From: Phoronis australis
Lineage: Eukaryota > Animalia > Phoronida
Assembly (NCBI GenBank): GCA_002633005.1
Contig: NMRA01000543.1
Span: forward strand, 25,188-89,187
DNA: 64,000 bases
Reading direction: 5' to 3'
A model generated the notes under the pieces. It searched no databases. It had not been told where the DNA came from and saw only the letters and a program-made list of their open reading frames with translations. Below are positions 14,301-27,019 of the stretch, one piece after another (the first letter of the stretch is position 1; each line of letters opens with the position of its first letter). A program made the position numbers and the translations under genes.

Positions 14301-17300
14301 ATGACCTGGGTCACACCGTCAGTGTAGCCTCTCTACTGTCCCTAACTGATCAACACTTCCTCAAGGGACTTATCATGTTGGATGGACAAAGAAAGGTGTG
14401 TGGAGCTGCCCAGGTTAAAGGTCAAGTGTGGGGTTTGGGTTCACTGCTGGAGTGCAGCTGCAAAACAAAGCGTGGGAGGTTTAGTAGAAGATTTGGTGAC
14501 ATCTACAATTTTCAATCACCAGAAAATAGATCTCTATACTGTGCATTATGAAACACAATTCACATTTACTAAAGATAGACAATGATTAGTGTATGGCAAG
14601 TTCATGGCAATACACACTGTTCACTAGCACTATTCTTGTCTGTGGATCCAGTGTGGCTGTGTGGTGGAGCACCTGCATACCAAGCTAAAGCTTGTGGGCT
14701 GAATTACAACTGGACCACACTGCTACACCTGTGGTTGTGCCATGTATAATTAGGGTTATGTATGACCTTGTGGACTAGGCTGTGTGTGTCGTGAAATATC
14801 TATAAAGCTAAATACCCTGTAGAAGTAGATTTTTGACTTTTTATCAATTTTTCATTTGTTGGGTCATGTGGCCATGTATTTTTTTGTAAAGTCAAGCAAA
14901 AAGGAATTTAAAAAAGGTTTCAATAACATGACCAAATTTCATTTAATATAAATGTTCAAGATGAAATCTCAAAAATGCTGTTACAGTTTTCTAAATTATC
15001 ATTTAGTTTTTAATATGCAACTTTTGAGTTTTGTCATGAAATTCACGTATTTATAGACCCTCGTGCAAGAGCAGAACATTTTAAAAACTGTACCTAACAG
15101 TCTTTTGGAGAGCATTCCTTAAAGCATAGTATCTGAAAGTTTCATATAAATTCCATCAGCCATTTCTGAGGTATGACGTTACAAAGTTATCTACATAATG
15201 TTAAATTGTTTGGCAAGCAGGTAGTAATTGTTGCTGTTACCATTTCAATTTTAATATAACAATTTGTCAAGTTGATTTTGTTACAGTGGTGACATGAAAA
15301 TTAAGAGACATCGCCATTGTCTTTCAGGTGCATTTGTTCCCAGAGTCTATGGTGCCACACATTGTTGAGGAGCGGAACTCCGTCTTCATGTTCACTGTCG
15401 ACACAGACACGGGCTTAGTACAGGGCTATGGGCTCAAGTATGCACAGGTATGGGTCAAAAGGAGAAGGTATGAGTCACATTGTGAGTTTGGCTGGTGATA
15501 TATTTCTTTTGTTTTGGTGAGCAATAACGTGCAGAGATGTAAATTTCACTGAATTACATCCTTGCGCTATTAAAGGTAACACCTTATCGCTTTTCCGTAA
15601 CAAGTAGTGGTTAATTCATGGTACAAATACTAGAAAAACACCAGCAAGGTGTTGTGTTGGCATTAGGGTGGTCTTGAGTGCTTTCACCTGATTTGCAAGA
15701 CAGTAGGGTTTTGAATTCACCCGTGAATATTCTATTTAGAGATAACCCACTATTGTTGTTGTATTTGCAGGGACTGAAGAGTGAAGAGTTATGGTCTGTC
15801 AACCTGCCATCTGATGTGGAGAGAATCACAGGCATAGCCAGCAAACGATCGATAGGTATGGCAAGGAATGGGCAGTTTTCTTTGCTAATTGGCTGTTCCA
15901 ATGCTGGTCTACCACTGGTCCACCACTGGTCCACCACTGTGCCAATGTAGTGGTCATACTTACACAACTTATATGGCTTGCTTGAACAGTAGTAATGCTT
16001 CAATTAGCTTCATGTTGAAAACCTTTTCCATGGAAATTTCTATGTCTGCATGAAATCAGCAGGTGGTCTTTTCCACATAACTGGCAGGGGTTCCGCCGCA
16101 AAATTCAGACCGGCACAATATCTTGTCAACTGGAAAGAAATGGGCCAGCTTAATAGCAAAACGACGAATCCATCACTACTTTCATTTTCCCACCCAAGAT
16201 GATGCCTGTGATAGCAAAATATCTGAATGACTGTGCTGAGGAGCAAAATATTCGAGGGGCTAAAACAGCCACCCAAATTGGCAGCGTGCCTCTACCCCCT
16301 ATGATTTAGCTAGCCCTCCCCCTCGGTTTGTAATTGCGTGTGACTTCAACACGTTTTCATTGTTGTTATCGGAGGAATTCACAGTAAAAAAATTGATGTT
16401 GTTGTAGCACCTGGGATGTTAATATGTTGACCAGGATGTGTGTTCCTACTTGTTTGCAGAACACGTTCATTCCCAAGGTAAAGTGCTGGCTGACCGCAGT
16501 GTGCTGTACAAGTATGTTAATCCAAACTTGATAGCCATCTTTACTGAAAGTTTGGCTACGGACGATAAATGTGAGTTGGGCCTTAAATCAATGTACTGTA
16601 TTGGTGTTTTGTATTAAAATGTGTTAAAATGGAATTGTGCAGATCTTGTATTCAGTTGTTGGATGCATTAGTCATATCTGGTTTTGAAGTGATTTTTTAG
16701 GCTTCGGAAAAAATGGCATATCATTATTTTTAAGGATTAAACCCTCTCAATAGTTAGTTTACGTAGGTTAGCTTTTTATTTAAAAGAACAAGATTGAGAT
16801 AACTCTTTTTAAGATTGGGATACATTGTTGTTTTGGAAGCCCAAATGTGCCCCAGCAGAATGTTTTTGTTTACATCAGAACTGAGTGTATGTTAGACAAT
16901 TCTAATGAAATGCAGTTTCTGAATACACCCCAGAATTGTTTAAAAGTCCATATTTTTGAAATCCACTGAATCAGTATTAATGTCAACTTTTAGCTGAAAG
17001 TTTATTAATACCCATGGTAATTTTCTACAGCCTTCATCTCTGTCTACCTTTTGGATACTGTTAGTGGTCACATGTTATTCCAAGCCAATCACAAGCGAGC
17101 AAGGGGACCTGTAAATATGGTGCATTCTGAAAACTGGATTGTGGTACGTCTTCCTATTGTTGAATGTGTGTACCTGTTGAGATGAAACATTAAAGCAGCT
17201 TTGTACCTCCTCTCTGTCAAAAATGACTTTTGATTTAAACCAATTTTTATTATAAAACTTGTATCAACTTGTTTCTTTCTGAGGTTAGAAGTGATATCTG

Positions 17301-20300
17301 AGCTCCAAAGCCCAGAATTCACTTTTAGTTTGAGTAGGGAATAATGTGACTCCAATGTTACAATGTTAGGTGGTCTAAGTTATTTCTGACAGAAAACAGA
17401 TACTTTGCAATTTTAAGATAATTGCCTAGGTTTCTTTACATTCCATCACATTAATTGGATTACCTAAGTTTTGGGTATAACGTGTCTGAATCATTTTCAT
17501 CTCCTCTGGGTATATGGCATCTGAGTTTCGATTTCCCAAACCTTTGAAAGATCCACATGAAGTTTTAAACACAAGGACAAGTTGGATTAAATGAACACCT
17601 GTGTCCACTTAATGTACTGTTCACACTAAAGTAATTATAACTTTTAAAAGCAGTTCAAAGGTTATAACTCTCAGTCTGAACTCTAAAACTGTTTTTTAAC
17701 ATTACTGTAACATGGTTATAACCCTGTGCAAGGGTGGTTTAGCGAAGGGTTATAACCATTGTAAAAACGCTAGTTGCAGGAATCATAACTCAATAGGTGG
17801 CTCTGCTGTCAAATCTTGTAAGAAACAACAACGCTTTAAGACACTAACTAGGGTGAATTGCAAAGCAACAGCACTGACATCTAGTGACTAAAACCACGAA
17901 CTAGGGTTGCAGCAGGTTTAGCTGTTGGTGTGGCAGGTCACGATTACGTAACAGTTACAACTAAAGAAAGAGTCACAACCGGGTTTAGTTTGTCTGAACA
18001 CAGCTGTTTAATGCAATCAACAGTTGTAAATGTTATTGTATCAAAGTTGATATCTTACTAAGTCGTCTAACATCCGATCATTTCATCTTTTAAATGTAAT
18101 GTCCTTATGGTTCAAAAATTGCTTTTTGACACAATTTAGATATGTAATACCACTTCAATTACTCATTTGTTTCGATTTAGTTGTTCTTTGCACTGAAATA
18201 TATTCTTTCAAGCCAAGGAATTGATCACTTGGGAACCTCATTTTCTGCGGTATGTTTCCACGAAGCATTTTTAGCAAATCGTATTCTGTGGTACAGTTAT
18301 TTTTTAAAAATTATTTCACTTTAATTACAGTACAACTACTGGAACATCAAAGCCAGANCAGCAGGTTTAGCTGTTGGTGTGGCAGGTCACGATTACATAA
18401 CAGTTACAACTAAAGAAAGAGTCACAACCGGGTTTAGTTGGTCTGAACACAGCTGTTTAATGCAATCAACAGTTGTAAATGTTATTGTATCAAAGTTGAT
18501 ATCTTACTAAGTCGTCTAACATCCGATCATTTCTTTTAAATGTAATGTCCTTATGGTTCAAAAATTGCTTTTTGACACAATTTAGATATGTAATACCACT
18601 TCAATTACTCATTTGTTTCGATTTAGTTGTTCTTTACACTGAAATATATTCTTTCAAGCCAAGGAATTGATCACTTGGGAACCTCATTTTCTGCGGTATG
18701 TTTCCACGAAGCATTTTTAGCAAATCGTATTCTGTGGTAGTTATTTTTTAAAATTATTTCACTTTAATTACAGTACAACTACTGGAACATCAAAGCCAGA
18801 CGTAACGAAGTCTCGGTCATGGAGCTGTATGAAGGAGCAAACCAGCACAACGCTACAGCGTTTTCTTCATTGGACCCTCCACCCCTCCCCATAGTAATGA
18901 GACAGTCCTACATCATGCCTACTTCCATATCAGCTCTGGCATCTTCCATTACAGAAAAGGGTCTTGCCAATAAAAATGTCATTTGTGAGTATCAGTGTGT
19001 TCAACATGTGATTCATTGTATGCATTGTATTAGTTTACATTACATTAAAGGAGAATGCCACTCGATTTAATTAATCTTTTTTACCGTCTTAATCGGTCTA
19101 TATACACATCGCCTTTTATACGGTTGATCTCACCTTCCCGAGAGGTGTCACGTTATCCTGTGAGGAAGGTGAGAAATGACGCAGCGACGTCAGTGGTTCG
19201 TCTGCTGAGTGAATGCCGCTATATCGTGGTGCATCGTTCCCGCTTGTCTGAACTATGAAGCTGCGAAGAAAGCGGGTACATCGTTTTTTTTTCGACTTCC
19301 TCGAGAGCCCGAAATGCTTAGAAAGTGGCTCGCGGTAGTAAAGAATGAAAGGTACGCTGCTAATAGCAAGTATGAGGCCGTTAAACATCTCCGTGTCTGT
19401 GTCCGGCATTTCGTCAACAGTGATTACTCTGACGAATTTCCGTTGCCTGTGCATGTTCACGGCGCCTCTTTAGTATTTCTTGATCAGTGTATTCCGGTTC
19501 GAGTTGATAGCCTGTGAAACCTAACGATCCGATCCGTGAAGTCTTCATCGGATGAGCTCTTGACTAACTATGTCGGAATTGGCGCCGGGCGAGTTGCCAT
19601 GTAGACGTTTATTATTCTGTGTTCTGTTTCAAAATGAGTTATTCTCATCCTAACCAATGCTTGTATAAAACTGAAACAAAGTCTGTCTCATTAGATACAA
19701 TTTGTAATGCCTTTGCAGTATTCGTGAGTGCAAATGTTGAGAAGCCAGTAATGAATAAACCACTGCTTTACCGGCTTTGGTGGCGGCAATAAAGGTAGTT
19801 GACCTGGCACGGAGGCAGTGTCGTGAGCGCATGATGCTACAGTGTTTGCTGCTGACAGAAAGATGTTGTGAAACAATTACTCGATTTTATATCTATGATC
19901 ACATGTTAGGGGAATCTTTATTCAGAAATACAAATACATTATTCAAATCATTGTTACTGTACAACCTTTGCCTTGACTGCCTTGTGGAAAGGGAACCCGA
20001 CTTTGCGCCGGGCCCCCGATAAGTAAGTAGATTTTCAGTTTCGTGGCTAATTCCCATTATTTCTTTGGCTCACTATTATAGTCTTTTCGTGACTGGAGGT
20101 TTAGTTTCCAACTCAAGCTGATTTATGTTCGTGCCAGTTCCGGCGGCCGCGACGGGCCTGATCGGGTTCCCGAGCCACTGGCCGGCCGCGGATAACGAGT
20201 CTGTCCGGCCGCGACAGGCCTGATCGGGTTCCGAGCCACTGGTCAGGATAATAATCTAGTTGTGTGTTTAGAACTCAAAAAATCATAAGTCTAAACAAAA

Positions 20301-23300
20301 AGTTCTAGGTTTTCCTGTCTGTATTTCACGGAAGAATACTTCGCATTTATATCCGAACAGACCCCAAATTCCTGCTATGGACCTTGGTAAATTGGCCTGC
20401 CGAACTTTGTAGGCTACGGTGTGTCCAAATACCAGTAAATCCGTAACAGCGAAATAAAACAACACGTTTTTATAAGAACTCTGTGTATTTTGAAGGGTTT
20501 TACATCGAAGTTTGATTATTTATTGGTGTTAAACGATGAATTCAAGTGATAACCTGACACCAGTAACCCGTGTTGTGAACTGCTGAACAGACTGCGTGTG
20601 AAACCAATTACGTCATTGGATAATTTCAACACCTCCGTCTGCCGTCGGGTGTCAGGTAACGCAACCGAACATGCCGTTATCGAGTAGAACTACTCGACCT
20701 AAATTGATACAAAATGGGTTGTTTTTTGGGTGGCATTCTCCTTTAACTCGTGTTTAGGCAAGTGTTCTATGTGTATTACCCATCATGCATTGCATTGCGT
20801 TGTAGTATACCTCATGATACCCCAGATGGGTGTTGAAAGAGGAACTTAAAAGTTACAATGTACAATATTAGCTGTGGGATGTACAAGCAACGACATCTTT
20901 AAAAAAATATCGTCGATTTGCAGATACGAATGAACAATGTTACCATACATTCGTTTTGTGATCCTCGGCTTTCATGTGAAGGCAGCTAATGGCATAACAT
21001 ACAAGTTGCTGTAAACTAGTAATCTTTCAGCATGGGTTTCTTTGCTGTGAATGACTGCGCAGAGTAGCAGCTTTACACACTTATCGTATTTTGACAAAGT
21101 ATTAGCTGTGCTGGAACTAGTGACTTGAAGTGCATATGTTTTTCCATTAATTATGAAAAGCTCAGAATTCCCAATTATAATGGTCCTCCACATCGTAAGC
21201 AATTAGTTAATAAATAGCAAGATGTGCTTTGGCATTAATTGATGACATACTTACAATGTAGACACGTTCAAGCGTTTCCTTTTAACTCCAAACATCGTCA
21301 GCAGACACAAAATACACCAGTAAGAGGTTGTGTTTCCATGAACGATGTTTAGAGTTAAAACAAAATGTTTGAATGCGTGTATGTATTGAAAATATAACAC
21401 TGGTTTATACCGAAGTGCCCACTTGTCACCTCCTCATTACTAGAATTGCTAATTCGTTTGTAATATCATTCTTCTGCTCAGCCTTGGTTGTGAAAATGTA
21501 ACTTCCACAACCCGACAAATAATTCTTCCCTTGCTCTGAACGTCCATCAATACACCATGTATCCTGAAATGTCCAACATTTTCTTTTAGTTGCTCTTAAG
21601 AACGGACATCTCCTACAAGTTCCCAAGATGTGGCTTGACCCACGACGACCTATCACACCTACTTCTCAGCACAGGTAACGAGTCTTATGCGACTCAGTTT
21701 TGAAGAGATCTCATTTATTAAGATAACACATGAAAGTTTATTTTTATGGCACGTCTGATCAGTGATGAAGTGAAAAAGAATTTTTGTGCTTTTTCACTGT
21801 CTCGTATTACATGTAAAAATGTTTCTGCCTTCTCTAATGACATTGCAATAGCTGTTAGATAGTCTTATCTGAACAACTTAGTAGGGGTAGCAAAAAAATT
21901 CCATTTGATATCCAAAACTCAGTGCTGCACAACTTTCCTCTGCGGCATCTAGGTCAAATGCACTCTTCTCAAGTTTGAACATACATTTGTGTTCACCATC
22001 CTGTTAAAAAATCCTCAGCAGATATTGATCGTTTGTGTGTTACATGGTTATCTTCTTGGTGCTTTGCTGCGTTTTGTTTCATTGAAACATTAACTGTTGG
22101 TGATTACTACCAGAGGTTCTAACTGAAAAGTTCAATGGCTTCACCACATTTCACATACTCAGACTGGTGATTCTCTTTTTTACCACTTCCAAGAGATGCA
22201 ATGGTCTTTCTATAGCCATCCGTCATCCATAACATTCGTGACAAACTTGCCGTTTGTTCTGTCATAAACTGGGACATTTTCCTTAATTTTTGCTGCATTA
22301 AATGTATGTTAAGATGCTGGTAATTGTATTGTTTCCATGAAACTAGTTAGCATCCCTGGGTTTAGTAAGTCGAGCAATTCAAAAGTAGCACCATGATGCG
22401 CGTTTGTATTAAAATCTCGCATCTGTCTGGCAGTGCCAATATTGAGATTGCAGGATCAGCTGTTAGTGAGGACATAGAGCTGGCAGTTTCTTAACTACAA
22501 TTTATGGTCTTGTGGCTGCCTTACTAGATGCAAGTTTTCAGCTCATGTTGTAAATCCAAAAGTAAAGCGTAGGTGGTTCTGGTTTATGCCCCGAATCATT
22601 TTGGAATCTGCGCCTCACTTCTTAAAAAAGCACCCACATGCATCGATTTCAACCAAGGATTCAAACTTTTCTCAAATGTCACACAAATGCATTCAAGCAA
22701 GGCTTTAAAACGCTGTGGAATTCTTTTTTGATTTCGAATAATTAAGAATCAAAGAATAATACACGACCGCATCAATTATCAAAAATTAAATACAGACCAG
22801 AAAACCAACCATGCTTTTTTCGCTTAATATTTACTGAGAATCACCTGAGTGTTATTCACTCATTGAGTTATCATTTCCCCCTTCAATGCCATTCACGTGT
22901 TCCAGGGAGGAGGGGGTGCCTCCTTACATCCCGGAGCTACCCTACGACACGCTGGCCATGGCTAACTATAATCAAACTGTGTACAACGTACGAGGCATCC
23001 AGACAGCTCCGGCAGGACTGGAGTCTACCTCACTCGTACTTGCATACGGCCTGGGTGAGTGGAAAGGCTATCCTGGTGTTTTATACAGGTTTTTATTCAG
23101 GGTTTACATCTGAAAGTACCTTTCCTTGGTTTGCTGCCCGACATTTTGTGCTCAGCTGTGGCATGTTCTACCTTGAATTTTCACACGCACCTTTTTCCAC
23201 AAACATTTGATTCTATTGTAGGATTTTGGTGCTGTTGGGTTTGCTGACAAAATATCAATCCAAATGTACATCTTTTTGCTTAAAACATTACTCTATTTAG

Positions 23301-24493
23301 TGGCTTTTCCCAGCACACTTAGTGAATGGGAAACTCCATATGTAGAACACTGCTTTTGAGCATCCTGTTTTTTTCTTTAACATTGAAGTTAGTAGTAAAA
23401 ATGTCAAACTCTTTAAAATTAATTTCTAATGTCAGACGCATGCTATTGTCTTTATTTCAGTGGCATATATAGTCTGCTGCAGTCTGCAACATAGATTAAA
23501 GATTATAGCATCAAACTCAGAACTATTTCATCAGACCTCACTCAAAAGTTGACCAATAGGAAACATTCTACATACTACTCTTTAGGATTCTGAGAGGTCA
23601 AAAGCATCTTTCATTTGACACAATTTCTAATTCTTACGCTAGACAGGCTGAGTTGGCAGGGAAAAAAAATTCCTGTCATTCACAGACATTGTAAGAGGTT
23701 GGAAATTTTTGCATGAATAATTTTGAATTTCCCACCATGCAATAATGACAGTTTGACGGCATAATGGTCGTAAAGCATTTAGAAAATTACTGGAAACTAT
23801 CCCCAGCATTATATCTATACAAGAATGCAGAATGCTGTCCATCAACTAACGTATCGCTATCTAGTGACAAGGTGTATTTCGTTATGTTGCCGCTATATAG
23901 AGAAATGGATCGTGCAAAGTTATCCGGTCAAGTATTGTCTAGTCTCAGAAAATGTTTGGTGATCTGAGGCCTGGAGTGTAAAACGCAGGTTAATTAAAGC
24001 GACTACACACTCCTCTTCCATCACAAAACTTTTGACTTAGATGTGACAATTAGTGGAAAGAGCTGATCGTTTGCTTTTTGAGATCAGCTTTACAACTTGT
24101 TTTATCATGGCGTGTCATTTTATTTGCCGAGCTTGTTCTCAACAAAAACCAAACTGCCACTTCTTTGCTCACTGAGAAGTCGCTTTTCATTTCAGCACCT
24201 TGATGAGACCGATTTTGTAGCAATGACTGTTGGCTTTTTGAACAGAATGAGGATTTATAGTCACTTTAAATAATCGTTTTAATGCAAAACATGTTTAAAT
24301 TTATTCATGGTTTAATTGTCATTTCATTTCAGACTTGTTTTACACCAAGGTCACCCCTTCCAACATGTTTGACGTTCTCAAGGAAGACTTCGACTACTTT
24401 TTCATCAGTAGTGTACTGACGGCCATGGTAGTGGTGACAATAGTGGCGCAGAGACTGGCCGCACGCAAGGCACTGAAGAAAGCCTGGAAATAA
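2359..24493 (+). CDS. EMC1: ER membrane protein complex subunit 1; 5'-partial spliced CDS (first coding exon with signal peptide not found in window)
   Basis: Hand-spliced exons, all GT-AG with consistent phases: 2359-2486, 3542-3607, 4023-4125, 4852-4886, 4999-5025, 5279-5366, 6841-6996, 7594-7702, 9354-9575, 10073-10171, 10684-10780, 11579-11695, 12106-12161, 12323-12496, 13585-13749, 14231-14395, 15328-15447, 15771-15855, 16460-16570, 17031-17143, 18774-18984, 21590-21674, 22906-23054, 24333-24493 (~946 codons). Diagnostic EMC1 motifs: (W)[107 protein letters not shown], then a C-terminal TM helix and ...LKKAWK*. Confidence 0.96.
2502..2937. mobile_element. Tigger/pogo-like MITE
   Basis: Imperfect 21-bp TIRs tactgttatgtcacttattag / ctaatatgtgacgttacaata with internal aataagcacc.gg repeats. 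Confidence 0.45.
4332..4552. mobile_element. Foldback MITE with long imperfect TIRs
   Basis: gtcggtctcataatagtccttacc pairs with ggtaaggattattatgagatcgat, and the arms extend ~60 bp. A related fragment lies at ~26905-26960. Confidence 0.5.
5407..5614. mobile_element. Tc1/mariner/pogo-type MITE
   Basis: TA-flanked imperfect TIRs TACGGTAAAATCTCACCAATTT ... AAATTGGTGATATTTTATCATA. Confidence 0.55.
7887..8939 (+). mobile_element. Helentron-associated non-autonomous element (HINE/DINE-1-like), copy 1
   Basis: T-rich 5' end with subterminal IR ATGCGCCTACA...TGTGGACGCAT, a GTCC microsatellite (~7935-7985), ~150-bp internal tandem units, 3' subTIR TGTGGGCGCAT, stem-loop CAACGC-TCT-GCGTTG and terminal CTCTTGT. 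A near-identical inverted copy lies at 59427-60503. Confidence 0.78.
9824..10010 (+). repeat. Minisatellite, ~21-bp unit (CACTAGATACCACCCTATTT) x ~9
   Basis: Directly visible tandem copies just upstream of EMC1 exon 10073. Confidence 0.9.
17910..18800 (+). repeat. ~445-bp direct duplication across a single-N contig join (probable haplotype/assembly artefact)
   Basis: 17910-18357 and 18359-18800 are near-identical (about five small differences) and are separated exactly by the n at 18358. Confidence 0.85.
19049..20742 (+). mobile_element. Non-autonomous Kolobok-like DNA transposon with THAP-domain remnant (copy 1, in EMC1 intron)
   Basis: TTAA|AGGAGAATGCCAC...GTGGCATTCTCCT|TTAA: 13-bp perfect TIR, AG..CT termini, TTAA TSD. 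ORF 19209-19517 encodes a C2CH THAP signature (CIVPAC...[13 protein letters not shown]...LRVCVRHF). No DDE transposase is visible. Confidence 0.85.
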
Positions 24494-24816
24494 TGCTCAA
24501 TGTGGTCTAGTGGTGCACTTGAAATTTAAGTTATGTTGAGCACTCTTTCGGAGGCTCAGAAATCTGCAGCTGTGAACCAAGATAAAACAAGTTTTGAGAG
24601 GGTTTTAATGTTTAAAAGCAAAAATACCGCAGGACACAGTGCAATCCTTGATTCAATCAAGGATTATTAACTTGTCTCATTTCAAACTTTATTCTTTTCT
24701 TGTAGTACATACAAATCAAAATAAAATAATACTCACCATTGTCTGTTTTATGGATAGCGAAAGTCAATGTGTGCTCTTCCAAGATATTAGCATTGTGGGA
24801 TACGAGTCCTCTTGTC

Positions 24817-24987
24817 CAGTATCCAGAAAATGTCAGGCAAACGATCGTCTGTTGTTAAGTTATCAAGAAAGTGTCGGGCAAACGATCGTCTGCTGGTTGA
24901 GTTATCCAGAAACTTTCAGGCAAACTATCATCTGCCAGTTGAGTTATCCAGAAAGTGTCTGGGAAATGATCGTCTGCTGGTTAAGTT
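24817..24987 (+). repeat. Minisatellite, ~42-bp unit x ~4, in the presumed EMC1 3' UTR
   Basis: Unit GTTATCCAGAAAGTGTCGGGCAAACGATCGTCTGCTGGTTGA, with variants. Confidence 0.85.
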
Positions 24988-26622
24988 GGCAGTTGATTTT
25001 GGATAGATACTACCTGATTACTTGTATCCATGACAAACTGAATTTCAGGTCACCTAAAGTACTACTAAAATGAAGTGACCTCCGTTGGCAGTGCTGCTCA
25101 GGATGACTGTGTATATGGTGTGTCTCGTTATCCATAAAAAAGTCAATTGAATCACGTTCATGTCCCAGCATAATGACCATGGCTGCGTGCCTAGCCTGTG
25201 TGTGCACACTATGGTGGGACTGGTGTGAGAGCAGGTCCTACCTAGATACCTGAGTGCATTTGGGTGTGGCAGTCACCTGGGACCCTTAGCTCACAAACAT
25301 CCCATGCTCATTCACTGCTTTCTGTTCTCAATCTATTTAGCGCTACCTTTATTCATTAGCAATACCTTGTGAATTTCTTTTGATGTCAAAACGTTTTTTC
25401 TTAAAGTTTCAAATTTCAAAAAACGGTCTGTTTTACTCATGATTTTCAAAAGCTCTTATAAGCTTAAAGTGCTTATAATTTCCTGTTCCACATCTTGCTG
25501 CACACATTGTCTTTTCATCAGGAAGACCTTAGTTGCACTTTAATCATAGATAGCAGATTTGCATCTCCAATATTTTCATATGGAATTCCCAGAAGAGACG
25601 TCATTTTCTGCTTCCTTGGCAGACGACTTTTTTGTGGGAAATAAAAACGTGCCTCACACCAGGTGCTGCTAGTGAATAGTGATTTCACGACCAATAGTAT
25701 TGGTCACACCTGCATACAATCACAGATTTTGTTCATTGAGAAAATACAGAGTTGGCTGTCCATCTACTGTAGTCTTACACTACCCATAATACAGGTCTTC
25801 AGATGAGTAATTGTTCTGTGCCGTCCTATTTCAATACAGGCTGAAAAACTGTTAAAGTACATGTATTTCTTCATCTCTTCAGTCACGGAACCAGCCTGCA
25901 TTGTATTTCAAGCTAGGTTGCTTTTGGTGCGTAAAATCATGACTCGGGGGACCAAACTTCTTGGTTTTGGTGTAAAGCTGTTCCTGTAACAAAATGGTTG
26001 CTTCTTCTGAGGACTTGAATTATTTCTAATCTGCATTAGGAACAAGATGAGACATTTTGTATAACTGTCAGTGTTCTAAATCAAGTTATTTTGGACAGAA
26101 GGAAGCTCCATCCTAGATAAAGAGGGTTACAGGACAATTTCTAGTCCTGAGCTGACCATAGTTTTTGTGTGACACAGTAACCCATTTATAGAGAGTTGTT
26201 TCAAGATGCCCAGTGCAATTGTAGCTTGCTAACGACTGTTGCACCAAACTTGTTGTCAGGGCATCCAAACCCATCTTAATCAAGCTGACTGAGGACAAGC
26301 AGAAAGGGGCAAGTTTGGCCAAAACTTGCCTAAAATGTGACTCTGTCCACAGGGTTTTTCAGTCGGATTGTATAGTGGTGACTCGTTTTTCTCCATTTTC
26401 TGGATGATCCTGGGAACTAACTTGGTGTAACAGGACCTTAAGTAACAAGCTTCGTTCACATTTTTGTACAACTTACAGCATTTGTATTGAATAGTTAGAT
26501 TTGTCAGTGTTGTGTATGTATATTTATGTTGTTCTGTGTACATGGAAATTGAGGGATGTAAAATTTGTGTAAATAACTTGATACAAGTAATTATTATTAA
26601 TGTCATCAAACTTTCACAGTTG

Positions 26623-26636
26623 AATAAATGAATAAA
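26623..26636 (+). terminator. Candidate polyadenylation signal of EMC1 (tandem AATAAA)
   Basis: AATAAAtgAATAAA about 2.1 kb after the EMC1 stop, following a U/GU-rich UTR-like tract. Weaker alternative AATAAA sites lie nearer the stop. Confidence 0.45.
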
Positions 26637-26735
26637 TTTCCAAAATTTATACTATCAGTTTTAATATTTCCTTACAGCTTATCTTACGCACATTGATGTC
26701 CTTTCCTTTTGCTACTTCAACCTAAAATCAAGAAT

Positions 26736-26877
26736 CATGGGCAGCGCAGCACTGAAAAAAATGGGGCTAAAGCCCGTCAGCCCCCTGTGGTGCACCGCCT
26801 ATAGACCATGAGCGGAGCAGCACTGAAAAAGTGGTGGGCTATAGACCCTCACAGCCCCCTATGGTGTGCCGCCAATG
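26736..26877. mobile_element. Head-to-tail dimer of the same ~70-bp MITE
   Basis: AGAAT|CATGGGCAGCGCAGCACTGAAAAAA...CCGCCTATA gac CATGAGCGGAGCAGCACTGAAAAAG...CCGCCAATG|AGAAT, in opposite orientation to 34890-34961. Confidence 0.65.
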
Positions 26878-27019
26878 AGAATAGGCCCACAATCTTAAGC
26901 TTCTTAAAATCGAATTGAGCCTTTTTACTTCCATGAAATCGATCTCATAATGTTACTATCTCTCTTATCAATAAGAAAATCGAAACCATTAGCAACTCGT
27001 CAAGAGTTTTTATGGGGTT

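Noticed and set aside
14651-14720. tRNA-like A/B boxes
   Set aside because: No cloverleaf can be formed; at most a decayed SINE head. No bona fide tRNA or rRNA genes were seen in the window.
17910-18800. Apparent tandem duplication including the first 27 nt of an EMC1 exon (looks like alternative acceptors or an exon duplication)
   Set aside because: The junction coincides exactly with a single N and the copies differ only by a few SNP/indel-like changes. This is the signature of two haplotypes joined by the assembler.
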